60,000 nucleotides of DNA from Malacoraja senta. Taxonomy: Eukaryota. Location of the stretch: the NCBI GenBank assembly GCA_038087875.1, contig CM075988.1, forward strand, positions 15,192,001 through 15,252,000, written 5' to 3'. The notes beneath the pieces were generated by a model, which saw only the letters and a program-made list of their open reading frames with translations, ran no database searches and had not been told where the DNA came from. Positions 27,301 to 36,789 of the stretch are shown piece by piece; position 1 is the first letter of the stretch, and each line of letters starts with the position of its first letter. The position numbers and the translations under genes are program-made.

Positions 27301-30300
27301 GTCAAAAGAAGCCATTATGAGATTCAGAAACAAGAATAAAACTGTTAGAGACATCAGCCAAACCTTAGGCTTACCCAAAGTCATCTGTTTGGAACATCAT
27401 TAAGAAGAGAGCACTGGTGAGCTTACTAATCACAAATGGACTGGCAGGCCAATGAACACCTCCACAGCTGATGACAGAAGAATTCTCTCGATAATAAAGC
27501 AAAATCCCCAAACACCTGTCCGACAGATCAGAAACACTCTTCAGGAGTCAGGTGTGGATTTGTCAATGACCACTGTCCGCAGAAGACTTCACAAACAGAA
27601 ATACAGAGGCTACACTGCAAGATGCAAACCACTGGTTAGCTGCAAAAATAGGATGGCCGGGTTACAGTTTGCCAAGAAGTACTTAAAGAGCAACCACAGT
27701 TCTGGAAAAAGATCTTATGGACAGATGAGACAAAGATTAACTTATATCAGAGTGATGGCAAGAGCAAAGTATGGAGGAGAGAAGGAACTGCCCAAGATCC
27801 AAATCATACCACCTCATCTGTGAAACACGGTGGTGGGGGTGTTACGGCCTGGGCATGTATGGCTGCTGAAGGTACTGGCTCACTTATCTTCGTTGATGAT
27901 AAAACTGCTGATGGTAGTAACATAATGAATTCTGGAGTGTATAAACACATCCTATCTGCTCGTTCAAACAAATGCCTCAAAACCCATTGGCCGGCGGTTC
28001 ATTCTACAGCAAGACAATGATCCCAAACATACTGCTAAAACAACAAAGGATTCTTTTCAAAGCTAAAAAATGGTCAATTCTTGAGTGGCCAAGTCAATCA
28101 CCCGATCTGAACCCAATTGAGCATGCCTTTTATATGCTGAAGAGAAAACTGAAGGGGACTAGCCCCCAATACAAGCATAAGCTAAAGATGGCTGTAATAC
28201 AGGCCTGGCAGAGCATCACCAGAGAAGACACCCAGCAACTGGTGATGTCCATGAATCGCAGACTTCAAGCAGTCATTGCATGCAAAGGATATGCAACAAA
28301 ATACTAAACATGACTACTTTCATTTACATGACATTGCTGTGTCCAAAACATTATGGTGTCCTGAAATGGGGGGAATATGTATAAACACTGTTGTAATTTC
28401 TACATGGTGAAACCAAAATGTAAAAATATGGCCTTTATTAAAATCTGACAATGTGCACTTTAACCACATGTAATTTTTACTATTACAAATCTCAAATTGC
28501 GAAGTACAGAGGCAAATAAATAAATGACGAGTCTTTATCCTAAACAAAGACGGCACTGGAAAGATGTGTGCTGATGTACAAGTGCTATCTGACCATCCAT
28601 GAGAAATAAGGTTATTCCTTCATTTGGTTGGCCTCTGAATGAACGCATTGTACCAGTTAAATACCTTCATCTGCATCTATTCGCACAAATAGCCAACGTG
28701 TTGAGAGATCCTATGGGATGATTGGTTTTACTACTGAATTATAAAGACGACTTTTCAAAAGTTAATGCTTCACTTACATTTAATTAACCGAACCACCTCC
28801 ACATGGTTTGAATGAGTGACCAGCGTCCCATTAACCTGCAGACAAAACATCACCATTGACATACTTCATATTTCTAACATAGGAAATGGGCACACAGCCC
28901 TATGCTACCTCTTGGAGTTGGTCCATCAATTGAATTCCCCCGTTTGCTACCCCACAACCAGTTCCCTTTCACATCAACTCCTCATACACATTCCCATCAA
29001 CTCCTCATACGCATTCCCATCAACTGCTCCGCACCTCTGAGTCTTCTGCCAAGCACTGATATTTCCGCTACCCAATTAACCTATACATCAGCGTGTCATT
29101 GGGACGTGGGAGGAAGTTGGGCCAGCAGAGGGAAACAGACAGACATGGGAAATCGTGTAAGTTCACACAGGCACCATGAAGGTCAGGATCAAATCCATGT
29201 CGCCGGAACTGCAAGGCAGCAGTGCTGATCTGCATCAAATCTGCAGCATGGTGATACAATTCAACATTTAACTGAACGTATTTAGACCTTAATAAATATC
29301 TGTGATTATCTGAGAAAGGTTACCAGAATTAAAAGGAATTGCATACATGTAGAATCTTAAACCAACTGCTGTTTGCAGATTTTAAAAATGTTAATGAGAA
29401 AGACAATTATCCTCATGATCAAAATCCTATAGGAAGGACAGCAGAAATGATCCCACCTCATAGCAAGGGAGCGTTCCAGAAAGCTAAAGTTATGAGTGGG
29501 TGATGGTTAGAAATGCCCCACACATATATCCTTAAACTTCTTTTATATATCTATATCAGATCTCTCTTAATCCTGTGACGTTCCAGAGAAGACAATCCAC
29601 GTTTGTCTAACCACTCCTTATAGCTAATACCCTCAAATCCAGTCAGTATTCTGGTAAACCAATTCTTCCACCCTTGTCAAAGTATTCTTCCTGTAATGAG
29701 CAACCAAAACTGCACACAATATTCAAATTGCAGCCTAACCAAAGTCCTATCAAGCAGCAACATGATTTCCTGCATCTTTTTGGATCTATAATCAACACAC
29801 TGTGTGAAGAACTCTGGTAACCTCAATAATGTATTATGGAGAAACAGCATGGATGTACAAAGGAAACACATAGCCCTATAAACACCTCAATTTTCTGATG
29901 CTGTTATGGACAAGGCAGTTGGTTGAAATTACTGAAATAATTCACGGAGTTTTGACAAACATCTGACGTTTTACATGAAAGTTTTCTATTACACCAAAGA
30001 TTTACAGACATAATTTAGCAGGTTATACAAAGTGTTAAACATTGATTGAAATAATGTGAGTGAAAAGTACAAGTACATAAGGTGTGGAATGATATAAATA
30101 GATATGATTACATAATTCCACACCTTATGGTCTTGTACTTTTCAATCACATTTTTCAACCAATTTTTAAAGCTTTGAATAATCTGCTAAACGCAAGACGC
30201 ATAGTTATATTTGTCTCTTAGACATTACAGTAACTGTAACAAGCATTTAGATGTCAAATGACAAACTCTTCTGCAGAGCAGTTATCGCCTGGATACACTA

Positions 30301-33300
30301 CTCACTCACGCCCACATGGGAAGGGCCATCAGTGAACAACAAACCACAAATACAGTTTCTGGGAATCATCAACTTTAATATGGTGAATATCAATTCCCAT
30401 TAACACATCATGCTCAATCAGAAGAATTCTCCTTGCATATGACTGGCACCAGTGAATGCTGAACCTCACCTTAATGATTCTGTCGCCCTGCTGCACACCT
30501 GCACGCACAGCTGCTCCATCTGCAAAACAAACACGTGGGAAGTTGGAGCTAAAAATGGAACTAGTGAAGACATTCTGACTCCTGTTTCATGTTAAGCTAA
30601 AATATTTCACTGAAATTTCCACATGCAACTTAACAGAATAGGAACATGAACATGAAAGCTGCACTATATTAACCTGAAAATTCACCAGACATTAAAGAGC
30701 AGAGTAAGTGTATAAAATTACCCTCTTTGACAGACTGGACAAACACTGGGTTATCCCCACTGACCGTCAGGCCAAACCCATTTTCATCTCTCTGGATTAT
30801 GACACAGCGCTGAACTAGACCTGGTCACAAAGAAAAGGAATAGAAATCAGTCAGTCAGTCAATGAGTAATTTACCAAAATGTGAGACAAAGGAAGCCAGG
30901 AACTGCCAAGACCCACCTCACTACCCCCAATTCTTGGGATGGGAAGGGCATCTAATCACACCTTTTGGACAGCAGAGTGGGTAAACAAGTAAATATATGG
31001 ATAAGTGAGGAAAAAACAGGATCTTTTTTTTTGTTTTATTGCATAGTATTAAAACACATTTAATGACAAATCAGAATTTAATTTACACATCGTAATATCA
31101 CAATTTTGATTGGGGGAAATTAATTATAAAATATAACTAGAGTGGCCAGTTTGGCACTGCATGTTGCACACTGCTGCATATTGACTGTCCTTGGGCTTCC
31201 AACTTTTTAAACTAAGGCATTTAAGGCTTAGAACAGAGGAACCTACTCAAAAATAAAATACTGCCGATGTTACAAATTTTAAATAGAAATTGCTCAAAAT
31301 AATAATGAAACATGAACTGCATTATTCTCTCCATAGATGCTCCTGATATAGTGAACACATGTACCATTTTCTGCCTTATTACAAAGAACTTGTTTAAATC
31401 AATTTCTACTCATGGTATCTATATTGTATAAATTCTCCAATAAAGATATGACGAACTACTCAACCCGCGGAACAACTACAGAGAGATCTCTAGAAAAATC
31501 AAAACATAAATTTTCAATGGAATAGATATTGGAAGAAAGGAAAGCAACATAAAATGTTTATCCCATGGAGATGATCTACTGTAAGAATCAACAGGTAACA
31601 AAGCACCCCAAACATTTAGGAGGCCACGTATTCACGTTGGCATCGGAAAGGTGAGAGAAGCACAGCTAGATTTATGATTGGAAAAGTATGGCCACGTGGT
31701 TCAGGTGAGAGACTTGACATAGGAGCACCAATGGGATGATCTGACACCGTGGGTAGAAAGGCAAGGCCATGCTGTAGCACAAGTACCAGTTTTTCTGAGC
31801 CAGGAGCGTTTGGCCAGGTTTAAACAGGAAGAAAGGATTACACACAGTAACTGGTTTTGATCAACCATGAAAGGACTAAAAAAAAACAAGAGCACAATAT
31901 AAATAGAACCAGGATTAGGCCCTATAGCTTATCAAGCCTGCTCTGCTACCAATAAACAGCCACAGGAACTCCACGTCCACTGCTCTCCCAACACATACAA
32001 GACTTGTTCATATTATGAAATGCCACCAAGTACACTTGACGTTTTCCCCTTGGAATCCAGTGATTTGACATTGTAAATATGTTTGGAGACTGAACAATGT
32101 CCCAAAAGCAAGTCTGGCCAAAAAAATATACAACATCTGGAACACAGAAGTGAGGTTCTGTGGGCTCAGCAAGGTAGGATGGGTGATTGAAACACATCCT
32201 CTATTCCAACCCACTGTAAGATAGCAAAGCAGCTTCCCACACAACAAGCACAAAGAATCAGTCAGTGGCACCAAGCAAGCTAACAGCCAACAAAGCACAG
32301 ACTAGTGCACAGCTTAACATAGGACTCACATTTATGGTCATTGCAATTGAACCTGGGCTTCTTTTGTTTAGACGAGCTCTCTGCATAACAGCAGAAAAAG
32401 AGAAGGGGAGGGAGAGGGTGGGGTGGGGGCAAGGAGATGTATGGAAACATGTAGATTCACTACTCATAGAAAATGGTATATAAATATACACACATATCAA
32501 CACAAAATTGGAAAATGTTGTACAGACACAATATATACAAGAGGAACTATGACACAAATTAGGTTAATGTGTAACGTGATGGGTTAAGAAATGGAATTAA
32601 TTGTTTTGACAAAAAGCTGGTAGCATAATTAACACATTGATGCAATACAGGAGACAAGCCCCCCATGGCACCAGCATACCATGCAGTTATGTTCCGATAT
32701 GATTTAGTCACATCAAATGGGCCAGCTCAATACTAATTCCCCGAGTTAAACAAGTTTGCTGGATAAATTAACCATGGAATGCAGATTTGTGAACTCACAA
32801 GAATGTCATGACTGCACAAAGCAGGAGTAGACAGTCAATTGCAAGCACCGAGCAAACCATTCAGAAAGGCAGACAGATCAATACGAGTGGGAACCCGGGA
32901 CCTACCGCATAGCTCGTGTCCATCAGAAGACTCCATTGGCATTCCTACAACTGAAACTCCATTTGGGAAATGATGACTTTATCGTGCTTTTCAAAACTTG
33001 ACATCTCAGATTGTGAAGTCAACATTAGCTATTTGATATTTTTGGTCAACAGCCTGAACCAAGATGGAACAGTTTACTGAGCAAATGCACTCAACCATTC
33101 TGCTCTAAATGATGTGGAGAAAAAGCCTTCTCCATTTCTCCTTCCCTTATCATTTCTCTTTCTACCATATCATTTCCAGCCTGTCTGCCTCAGTAAAGCT
33201 TTTCAGGCCAAGTTAACTTTTGGCCTGAAAAGAACATTCTAACTTTCCTCTGAATCCCATCCCCACTATCTATAATGGTGAATTAAATCACACACCACTG

Positions 33301-34449
33301 GACAGCCACCAAAAGGAAATATCATTGGTCCAGAATAGTCTATTCCAACCAAGAATCAACAATTATGAGGATAAGATGCAAGGAAGTTCCTGAAGAGGCC
33401 ACAATCACCCCAATGGCCATGCACCTCACAAGCCTTCATCCAGGCTAAGTTAACTGATCCCAGCTGAATTTATGCTGATTGAACATCCTTGTATGTCTTA
33501 TTAACCTCACATTATTCTGGGAAAGACTAGTGTGCCCCATCAGTGGGGAAGCATATCAGGACCAAGGCTAACAATGTTACTGCATGACTAACTTTCACAT
33601 TTCATCATTGACCCTTGGAATACTAGATGCTGTTTGCATCCAGAGCCCCAGAAATGTAAGTGCACTTCACATAAGTCAGTCGGTCTGAGACTGCTTCTAT
33701 AACGAATTTTGTAACAGCCTGCAGGTGCAAGAGAAAACCCAAGGGAAGTGGCCTAATAGATACATCCACATTCCACCCTAGCTCAGAACAATTCCTTCCA
33801 GCAGTGAAACACCAAACATTGCCAGCACTGTGACCCGTTTGTTGAAAAATAATGATCCATCCAGGAGGTTCTGCAAGCTTCCTAACCAGAGTTTATTCAC
33901 TGAGCATTAAAGCAGTGTGGTAGCATGTATTCATCAACTCGCTCACTCTCCTGTTGCCCAAAAAAGTGAGTTGTGCCTGAATCTGCTGTGGATGAGCATT
34001 AAGGTAATGTAAACCATGACTTATCAGTAAGAAGGCAGCAAATGAAAGAGTCCAATGTGTACGTTGACACAAAAAGCTGGAGTAACTCAGCGGGACAAGC
34101 AGCATCTCTAGAGAGAAGGAATGGGTGACGCTTTGGGTCGAGACCCTTCTTCTCGACCCGAAACTTCACCCATTCCTTCTATCCAGGGATACTGCCTGTC
34201 CTGCTGAGTTACTTCAGGTTTTTGTGTATCTTTGGTTTAAATCAGCTTCTGCAGTTCCTTTCTACACAGTCTAATGTGTAACAGTTTGTGACCAAAGTGT
34301 AACCATTTGAAGCCTGGAACTGAAAATGGCTCAAAGACTCTATAAATGTATTACCTGTTGGGTCAAATTCATACAGTGGTGATTTTTCCGAGTTTTTTTT
34401 GTCATACTTTTTATCAGGCGACAGGTCCTTGTTCAGTATGCTTCCTTGC
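823..34449 (-). CDS. ARHGEF12: Multi-exon RGS-RhoGEF gene, ARHGEF12 (LARG)-like (PDZ + RGS-like + DH; 3' part lies left of the window); ARHGEF1 orthology not excluded
   Basis: 23 exons join into one open frame with GT-AG junctions and matching phases. Peptides such as GLVQRCVIIQRDENGFGLTVSGDNPVFVQSVKE, GRPPGSPQIPL, HNQKVEILR, QLQEQLSKATGS, IIGAEDDDF, EIKRQEVINELF match recalled human LARG. Confidence 0.9.
1973..2119 (-). CDS. ARHGEF12: Exon, DH domain (ELFHTERAHIRMLKVLDVIFYQKMMRDG...FSNLEEILQLH)
   Basis: 147 nt; cag acceptor, gtaaa donor; phase 1->1. Confidence 0.95.
2677..2867 (-). CDS. ARHGEF12: Exon, linker/start of DH (...DVEQDPANWQQLVSRDVLSGLKPHEIKRQEVIN)
   Basis: 191 nt; ttcctag acceptor, gtaag donor; lies in ORF 2597..2980. 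Confidence 0.95.
3883..3930 (-). CDS. ARHGEF12: Exon (SLEISTPPCTPKPGR)
   Basis: 48 nt; tttcag acceptor, gtgag donor; phase 2->2; TPKP motif as in LARG. Confidence 0.85.
4182..4326 (-). CDS. ARHGEF12: Exon (DSAPATP...LDQVMEEDRESE)
   Basis: 145 nt; ccttctcag acceptor, gtgag donor; LDQV.EE motif. Confidence 0.85.
4824..5024 (-). CDS. ARHGEF12: Exon (IEKAKLLHQRQMGPY...EGSDASY...ESDT)
   Basis: 201 nt; tttgtttag acceptor, gtagc donor; phase 1->1. Confidence 0.82.
5122..5230 (-). CDS. ARHGEF12: Exon (PSVKKEKE...KKKRFQSILDPIRRTSKQDRNA)
   Basis: 109 nt; caacag acceptor, gtaag donor; phase 0->1. Confidence 0.88.
5702..6829. mobile_element. Non-autonomous hAT-type DNA transposon (~1.13 kb) with internal palindromes
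   Basis: TIR CAGGCACGTGCCGT...ACGGCACGTGCCTG; perfect 8-bp TSD ATCCAAAT at 5694-5701 and 6830-6837. Confidence 0.9.
6854..6971 (-). CDS. ARHGEF12: Exon, end of RGS-like domain (NSAADVILIYMKQLGVKVKDSRNL...FFPKKK)
   Basis: 118 nt; ggcag acceptor, gtatg donor; phase 2->0. Confidence 0.93.
7034..8183 (-). mobile_element. 5'-truncated L2-clade LINE with uninterrupted ORF2 C-terminus (RT)
   Basis: GVPQGSILGP, YADDTQLY, SRLDYCNSL, HITPILASLHWLPV motifs; stop at 7161; L2-type 3' tail; flanking 7-bp repeat GTTAAGT (7027-7033, 8184-8190). Confidence 0.93.
8528..8560 (-). CDS. ARHGEF12: Micro-exon, RGS-like domain (ATLSPSEEEK)
   Basis: 33 nt; long T-tract + tag acceptor, gtagg donor; phase 2->2. Confidence 0.88.
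8800..9330 (+). mobile_element. CR1/HER1 LINE 3' fragment
   Basis: LYKTLVRLHLEYCVPFW motif followed by the typical elasmobranch CR1 3' tail. Confidence 0.8.
10128..10268 (-). CDS. ARHGEF12: Exon, RGS-like domain (QKRNMGMTIGENELAKLDAERMRDRVAAEQKERVCAEHLLQKIDEV)
   Basis: 141 nt; caacag acceptor, gtaag donor; phase 2->2. Confidence 0.95.
10705..11010 (+). mobile_element. HE1-type V-SINE
   Basis: tRNA-like head (ggcacagtggcacagc...gacccgggt), V-domain ccggtttcctcccacatccc, CR1-like tail ending actaaactaaac. Confidence 0.85.
11641..12504 (+). mobile_element. CR1 LINE ORF2 (RT) fragment
   Basis: ORFs with PGPDGLHPRVLKE, YRPVSLT, QHGFMKGKSCLTNL, YLDFQKAFDKVPH, SGVLQGSVLG. Confidence 0.92.
12505..12862 (-). 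mobile_element. CR1 LINE ORF2 fragment, opposite orientation
   Basis: LFTIYINDLD...KFADDTKLGG...WQMQFNVDKC. Confidence 0.9.
13107..13209 (-). CDS. ARHGEF12: Exon, RGS-like domain (ERRKGDQSEEMQR...PDVQTHLEDFR)
   Basis: 103 nt; tttcag acceptor, gtaag donor; phase 1->2. Confidence 0.93.
14552..14594 (-). CDS. ARHGEF12: Exon, RGS-like domain (NLKVHVPEWISTEL)
   Basis: 43 nt; tttcccag acceptor, gtaag donor; phase 0->1. Confidence 0.92.
15093..15191 (-). CDS. ARHGEF12: Exon, RGS-like domain (LCYLYADLYHHTNSKDHRRIFLEFCHLFLEKGS)
   Basis: 99 nt; ttcag acceptor, gtgag donor; phase 0->0. Confidence 0.95.
15410..15925 (+). mobile_element. Penelope-like element remnant (terminal-repeat arm + GIY-YIG endonuclease C-terminus)
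   Basis: Frameshifted translation ~KHRLGNCLAE.L.SV...LPVA...SHTDLSV...ATRKPEQQHRIFSSGSLQLNGTNIEFS; preceded by the ctggaggagctgagcgggtcaggcagcatc repeat. Confidence 0.75.
16040..17185 (+). mobile_element. Rex1/Babar-like LINE 3' fragment interrupted at 16709-17055
   Basis: NNLCLNVSKTKEIMIDFRK, FYRCSVERILSGCITAWF, HSLFSPL motifs. Confidence 0.85.
16709..17055 (+). mobile_element. CpG-rich non-coding retroposon with LINE-like tail
   Basis: Short degenerate gggagcttcgatcg repeats; tail cactgtaccttaattggtacatgtgacaataaa(ctgac/cttga)n; splits the host LINE at cagg|gacagtttc. Confidence 0.7.
17321..17431 (-). CDS. ARHGEF12: Exon, start of RGS-like domain (TDVQCSCFQTIDLVKSRPAHLVAFLHHVVSQFEAAPL)
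   Basis: 111 nt; tttacag acceptor, gtaag donor. Confidence 0.95.
17515..17604 (-). CDS. ARHGEF12: Exon with the Galpha13-binding acidic motif (VPIIGAEDDDFDTEAEQ)
   Basis: 90 nt; pyrimidine tract + aag acceptor, gtac donor; 83-nt intron to the next exon. Confidence 0.9.
17835..18290 (+). mobile_element. Rex1/Babar-like LINE 3' end
   Basis: KDQSHPGHSL...SGKRYRSLKTHTSRFRKSFFPAVIRQLN and cactgtacc...gtgacaata tail. Confidence 0.8.
18542..18676 (-). CDS. ARHGEF12: Exon, Ser/Pro-rich linker (SIISSPSPP...SSPKISPKD...ENQDW)
   Basis: 135 nt; ttttctttttgcag acceptor, gtatg donor; phase 0->0. Confidence 0.8.
20030..20712 (-). mobile_element. CR1/HER1 LINE 3' fragment
   Basis: Reverse complement of the same CR1 3' region seen at 47225-48365. 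Confidence 0.8.
20762..20847 (-). CDS. ARHGEF12: Exon, linker (DAGDWEHDLQSPSENTGSDRSRISFSRAE)
   Basis: 86 nt; ctcttcag acceptor, gtgag donor; phase 1->0 is needed to keep the frame. Confidence 0.75.
22728..22788 (-). CDS. ARHGEF12: Exon, linker (DGSSAGRHSETLSIVERLTE)
   Basis: 61 nt; ttccttcag acceptor, gtgag donor; phase 0->1. Confidence 0.8.
23138..23257 (-). CDS. ARHGEF12: Exon, coiled coil (QLKEKYTRNPS...HIQQLQEQLSKATGSLQ)
   Basis: 120 nt; cag acceptor, gtgag donor. Confidence 0.93.
23788..23862 (-). CDS. ARHGEF12: Exon, coiled coil (EDNIVHNQKVEILRNMLGTELRQLE)
   Basis: 75 nt; acacag acceptor, gtatg donor. Confidence 0.93.
24150..24850 (-). mobile_element. Rex1/Babar-like LINE 3' fragment with (TA)n and poly-G tracts in its 3' UTR
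   Basis: KKAHQRLLFLRRLKK...VKTAQRITG...HPNHRLFTLLPSGRRYGSLRSRTSRFRNSFFP; (ttcaga)n tail; (TA)n at 24267-24331. Confidence 0.9.
25373..25569 (-). CDS. ARHGEF12: Exon, PDZ end (SGSYVALTVLGRPPGSPQIPL...ERITSPMPVA)
   Basis: 197 nt; ttaccag acceptor, gtgag donor; phase 1->0. Confidence 0.95.
25667..25972 (-). mobile_element. HE1-type V-SINE
   Basis: Reverse complement of the V-SINE at 10705/49095 (gtgggaggaaaccggagca; tttagt tail). Confidence 0.87.
26909..28558 (+). mobile_element. Tc1-family DNA transposon, full length (~1.65 kb), decayed
   Basis: TA then ~230-bp IR/DR-type TIRs (CAATGCCCTCTATAATGTTTGGGAC...); frameshifted transposase inside. Confidence 0.93.
27274..28307 (+). pseudogene. Tc1 DDE transposase pseudogene
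   Basis: HTH region, WTDE, KHGGGGV, QQDND and WPSQSPDLNPIE motifs spread over several frames. Confidence 0.92.
28778..28835 (-). CDS. ARHGEF12: Exon, PDZ (VNGTLVTHSNHVEVVRLIK)
   Basis: 58 nt; ctgcag acceptor, gtaag donor. Confidence 0.96.
29070..29226 (-). mobile_element. Decayed HE1-type SINE fragment
   Basis: ccaattaaccta...gggacgtgggaggaag similarity to other copies. Confidence 0.6.
30470..30519 (-). CDS. ARHGEF12: Exon, PDZ (DGAAVRAGVQQGDRIIK)
   Basis: 50 nt; tttgcag acceptor, gtgag donor. Confidence 0.96.
30722..30820 (-). CDS. ARHGEF12: Exon, PDZ start (GLVQRCVIIQRDENGFGLTVSGDNPVFVQSVKE)
   Basis: 99 nt; ccag acceptor, gtaat donor. Confidence 0.96.
32906..32950 (-). CDS. Candidate symmetric cassette exon (VVGMPMESSDGHELC)
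   Basis: 45 nt, phase 1->1; tttcag acceptor, gtagg donor; sits where LARG has its pre-PDZ exon; weak similarity only. Confidence 0.35.
34067..34266. repeat. Penelope-derived palindromic repeat (two inverted arms)
   Basis: acacaaaaagctggagtaactcagcgggaca... paired with ...tgtcctgctgagttacttcaggtttttgtgt around gggtcgaga...tctcgacccgaaac. Confidence 0.8.
34355..34449 (-). CDS. ARHGEF12: Exon (RQGSILNKDLSPDKK...EFDPT)
   Basis: 95 nt; ttacag acceptor, gtaat donor; resembles LARG RHGSILNR...DFDPT. Confidence 0.88.
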
Positions 34450-34919
34450 CTGTAATAAAGAACAGTTCACATTTTGACAATCCAACCGCAGCACAGATAT
34501 ACAACATACCTAGTATTTATTCAGCTTTACATAACCTGCACCCCTTGTTCCAGCTTTTGTTCTGAGGCATATCACACATTCTTCCTGTGTACTGGAGAAT
34601 CACCCACATTCAAACTGACACCAACATCCCTCTCTTATCTTTGCTATAAACTGAGACAGCTGCCAGGGAGTGGCTCAGAAACGACACAGAGTGCAAGCAA
34701 CAAAGGTTGTAACCAATGTCTTTCATTTTGCCAATATAGAGGATACATTTGGGGTGAAGACATAAGATTGCAGAAGCTAGAATCTAAAACAAAAGAAAAA
34801 ACAGGGTGCTGGACAAATTCAGCAAGCCATGCAGCCCTTTGGAGGCAAAACATGAAAGCTGACATTTTGGTCAGAACTGGGAGGGGAGAAGAGAAATTAC
34901 CAATGTATAGCAGTACAGG

Positions 34920-35119
34920 NNNNNNNNNNNNNNNNNNNNNNNNNNNNNNNNNNNNNNNNNNNNNNNNNNNNNNNNNNNNNNNNNNNNNNNNNNNNNNNNN
35001 NNNNNNNNNNNNNNNNNNNNNNNNNNNNNNNNNNNNNNNNNNNNNNNNNNNNNNNNNNNNNNNNNNNNNNNNNNNNNNNNNNNNNNNNNNNNNNNNNNNN
35101 NNNNNNNNNNNNNNNNNNN
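34920..35119. other. Assembly gap (200 N)
   Basis: Run of N. Confidence 1.
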
Positions 35120-36789
35120 TCCACTAGCTTGAGGCCGTTTCTATACATAAATTCCCAAATTACTCGCTCTTCGACAGGTTCTTATTTTTGGATTGGAAGA
35201 GAAAAAACTAGACAAATAGTCCAAAAAAATTGATAGTCATGAAAAACAAAGGAAAGCATGTAATAGGAAGAGATGGAAATGAAACAAATTACAAAAGATT
35301 ATAAAACTAAATGCAAAATTAAAAAATGCATATTTCAGAATAGTGAAAATCATTAAATTTGTATTTTATGAGATGTCGTCTAGTGTGGTTTCTTCCCCCA
35401 CTCCTCCCATTGCAGAGCCCCACCTTGTCTGGAGTATTCTATCCCTTGCGTCTTGAAAATACATGTAATTACTCTGCCTTTCTACCAAATCTTACTCCAG
35501 GCAACTCTCACATTAAAATTGTTATAAGTGAATCATTTATTATAAACCACACTGCCATAATCAACATACACCATGTTGACGTAAAGGCTATTTTGTGTTA
35601 CTAGAAAAGTTAATTAAATTTGCTCATCAAGAAAAGGATTCAAATCTCGATGTTCCTGCAAATCAAAGGAAGTGGAATAACATAGAACGAGTGATCGGAA
35701 ATTGGCATGGACCCAATTAGCCGAAGGGTCTGTTTTTATGCTGTATCCTTCAATGGTATGAATTAGTAACTCTGTTAGAAATGGCAGTTCATGGGGTAAT
35801 GATACTGTGGGGTGGTGGGGGAGTGGGCTAAATGAAGAAGCAAAAGCATGTAATAAGCACCCTCACTGGTCACATCCAATTTTTCCAAGAGCGGCAAACT
35901 GCAATTCATCCCATTGCTCCAAAGGGCTATCAACCGTTCCCAAATCCAGTGACTTGCAGAACTTGTTACCAGTCTTCACAACAAACTTTCAAGAGCCAAG
36001 CGTGTTTAATTATCATACGTGCCAAAACAGAATAACATTCTTAAGATTTGCTGGACATTCAACCTCCAGAAAGTACCAAATCACAGGAGCAAACAAACCA
36101 TCCCACCTCTGTCTTTGTGAGATTTATTTTACCTTGTTCACGAATACCTGAGTGGCCTCTCTCCACAGTGTCATCAACTGCATGGACTAAACCTGGAGAA
36201 ATCTATTTGAAACTCAGAATATCCTGAGATTTAAAATTTAGTTAACCAAGCAAAATTGGAATAAAGAAGCGAAATTAGCTGTGTTAGTCATAAAACTGTC
36301 AGATTATATGAAGACTTGTAGTGCTTCTGCTTTCCTTACTCAGTAAGAATTATCCGTGAATGCAATCCGCACTAATGCGGTTCATTCACCTGACTTTTCA
36401 AAAGGGCCTAACACTGTTGTTTAAGAAGGAACTGCAGATGCTGGAAAATCGTGTATCAAGTCATAACAAGAATAAATCAGGTAACCTACTGGCCATTGCC
36501 CTTAATTTTCAAATATGATAAAAGCACTCACAGCACAGGCAACACCGAAAACCTCTCCACCAACAACGAATAACATGCCAAAACAGCAGAAACAGGCCCA
36601 TGGCCTCAGTAACCTGCTGCAGGATACAGGGAAAGAGACAAGGCGATTTGTTTCCATCATTTGAGACAGGGTCAGTAGAAGCAGAGTTGTAGAATATTTT
36701 AATGTTAGAAGTAGTTTCTCCATCAGGAAGGGGCTGAATGCGTACCTGGGGGAGGGAGGGGAGGGGTGGAAAAGTAGAGTTGAGTTTAT

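Noticed and set aside
34474..35148. ORFs spanning the N run
   Set aside because: Artefacts of the assembly gap.
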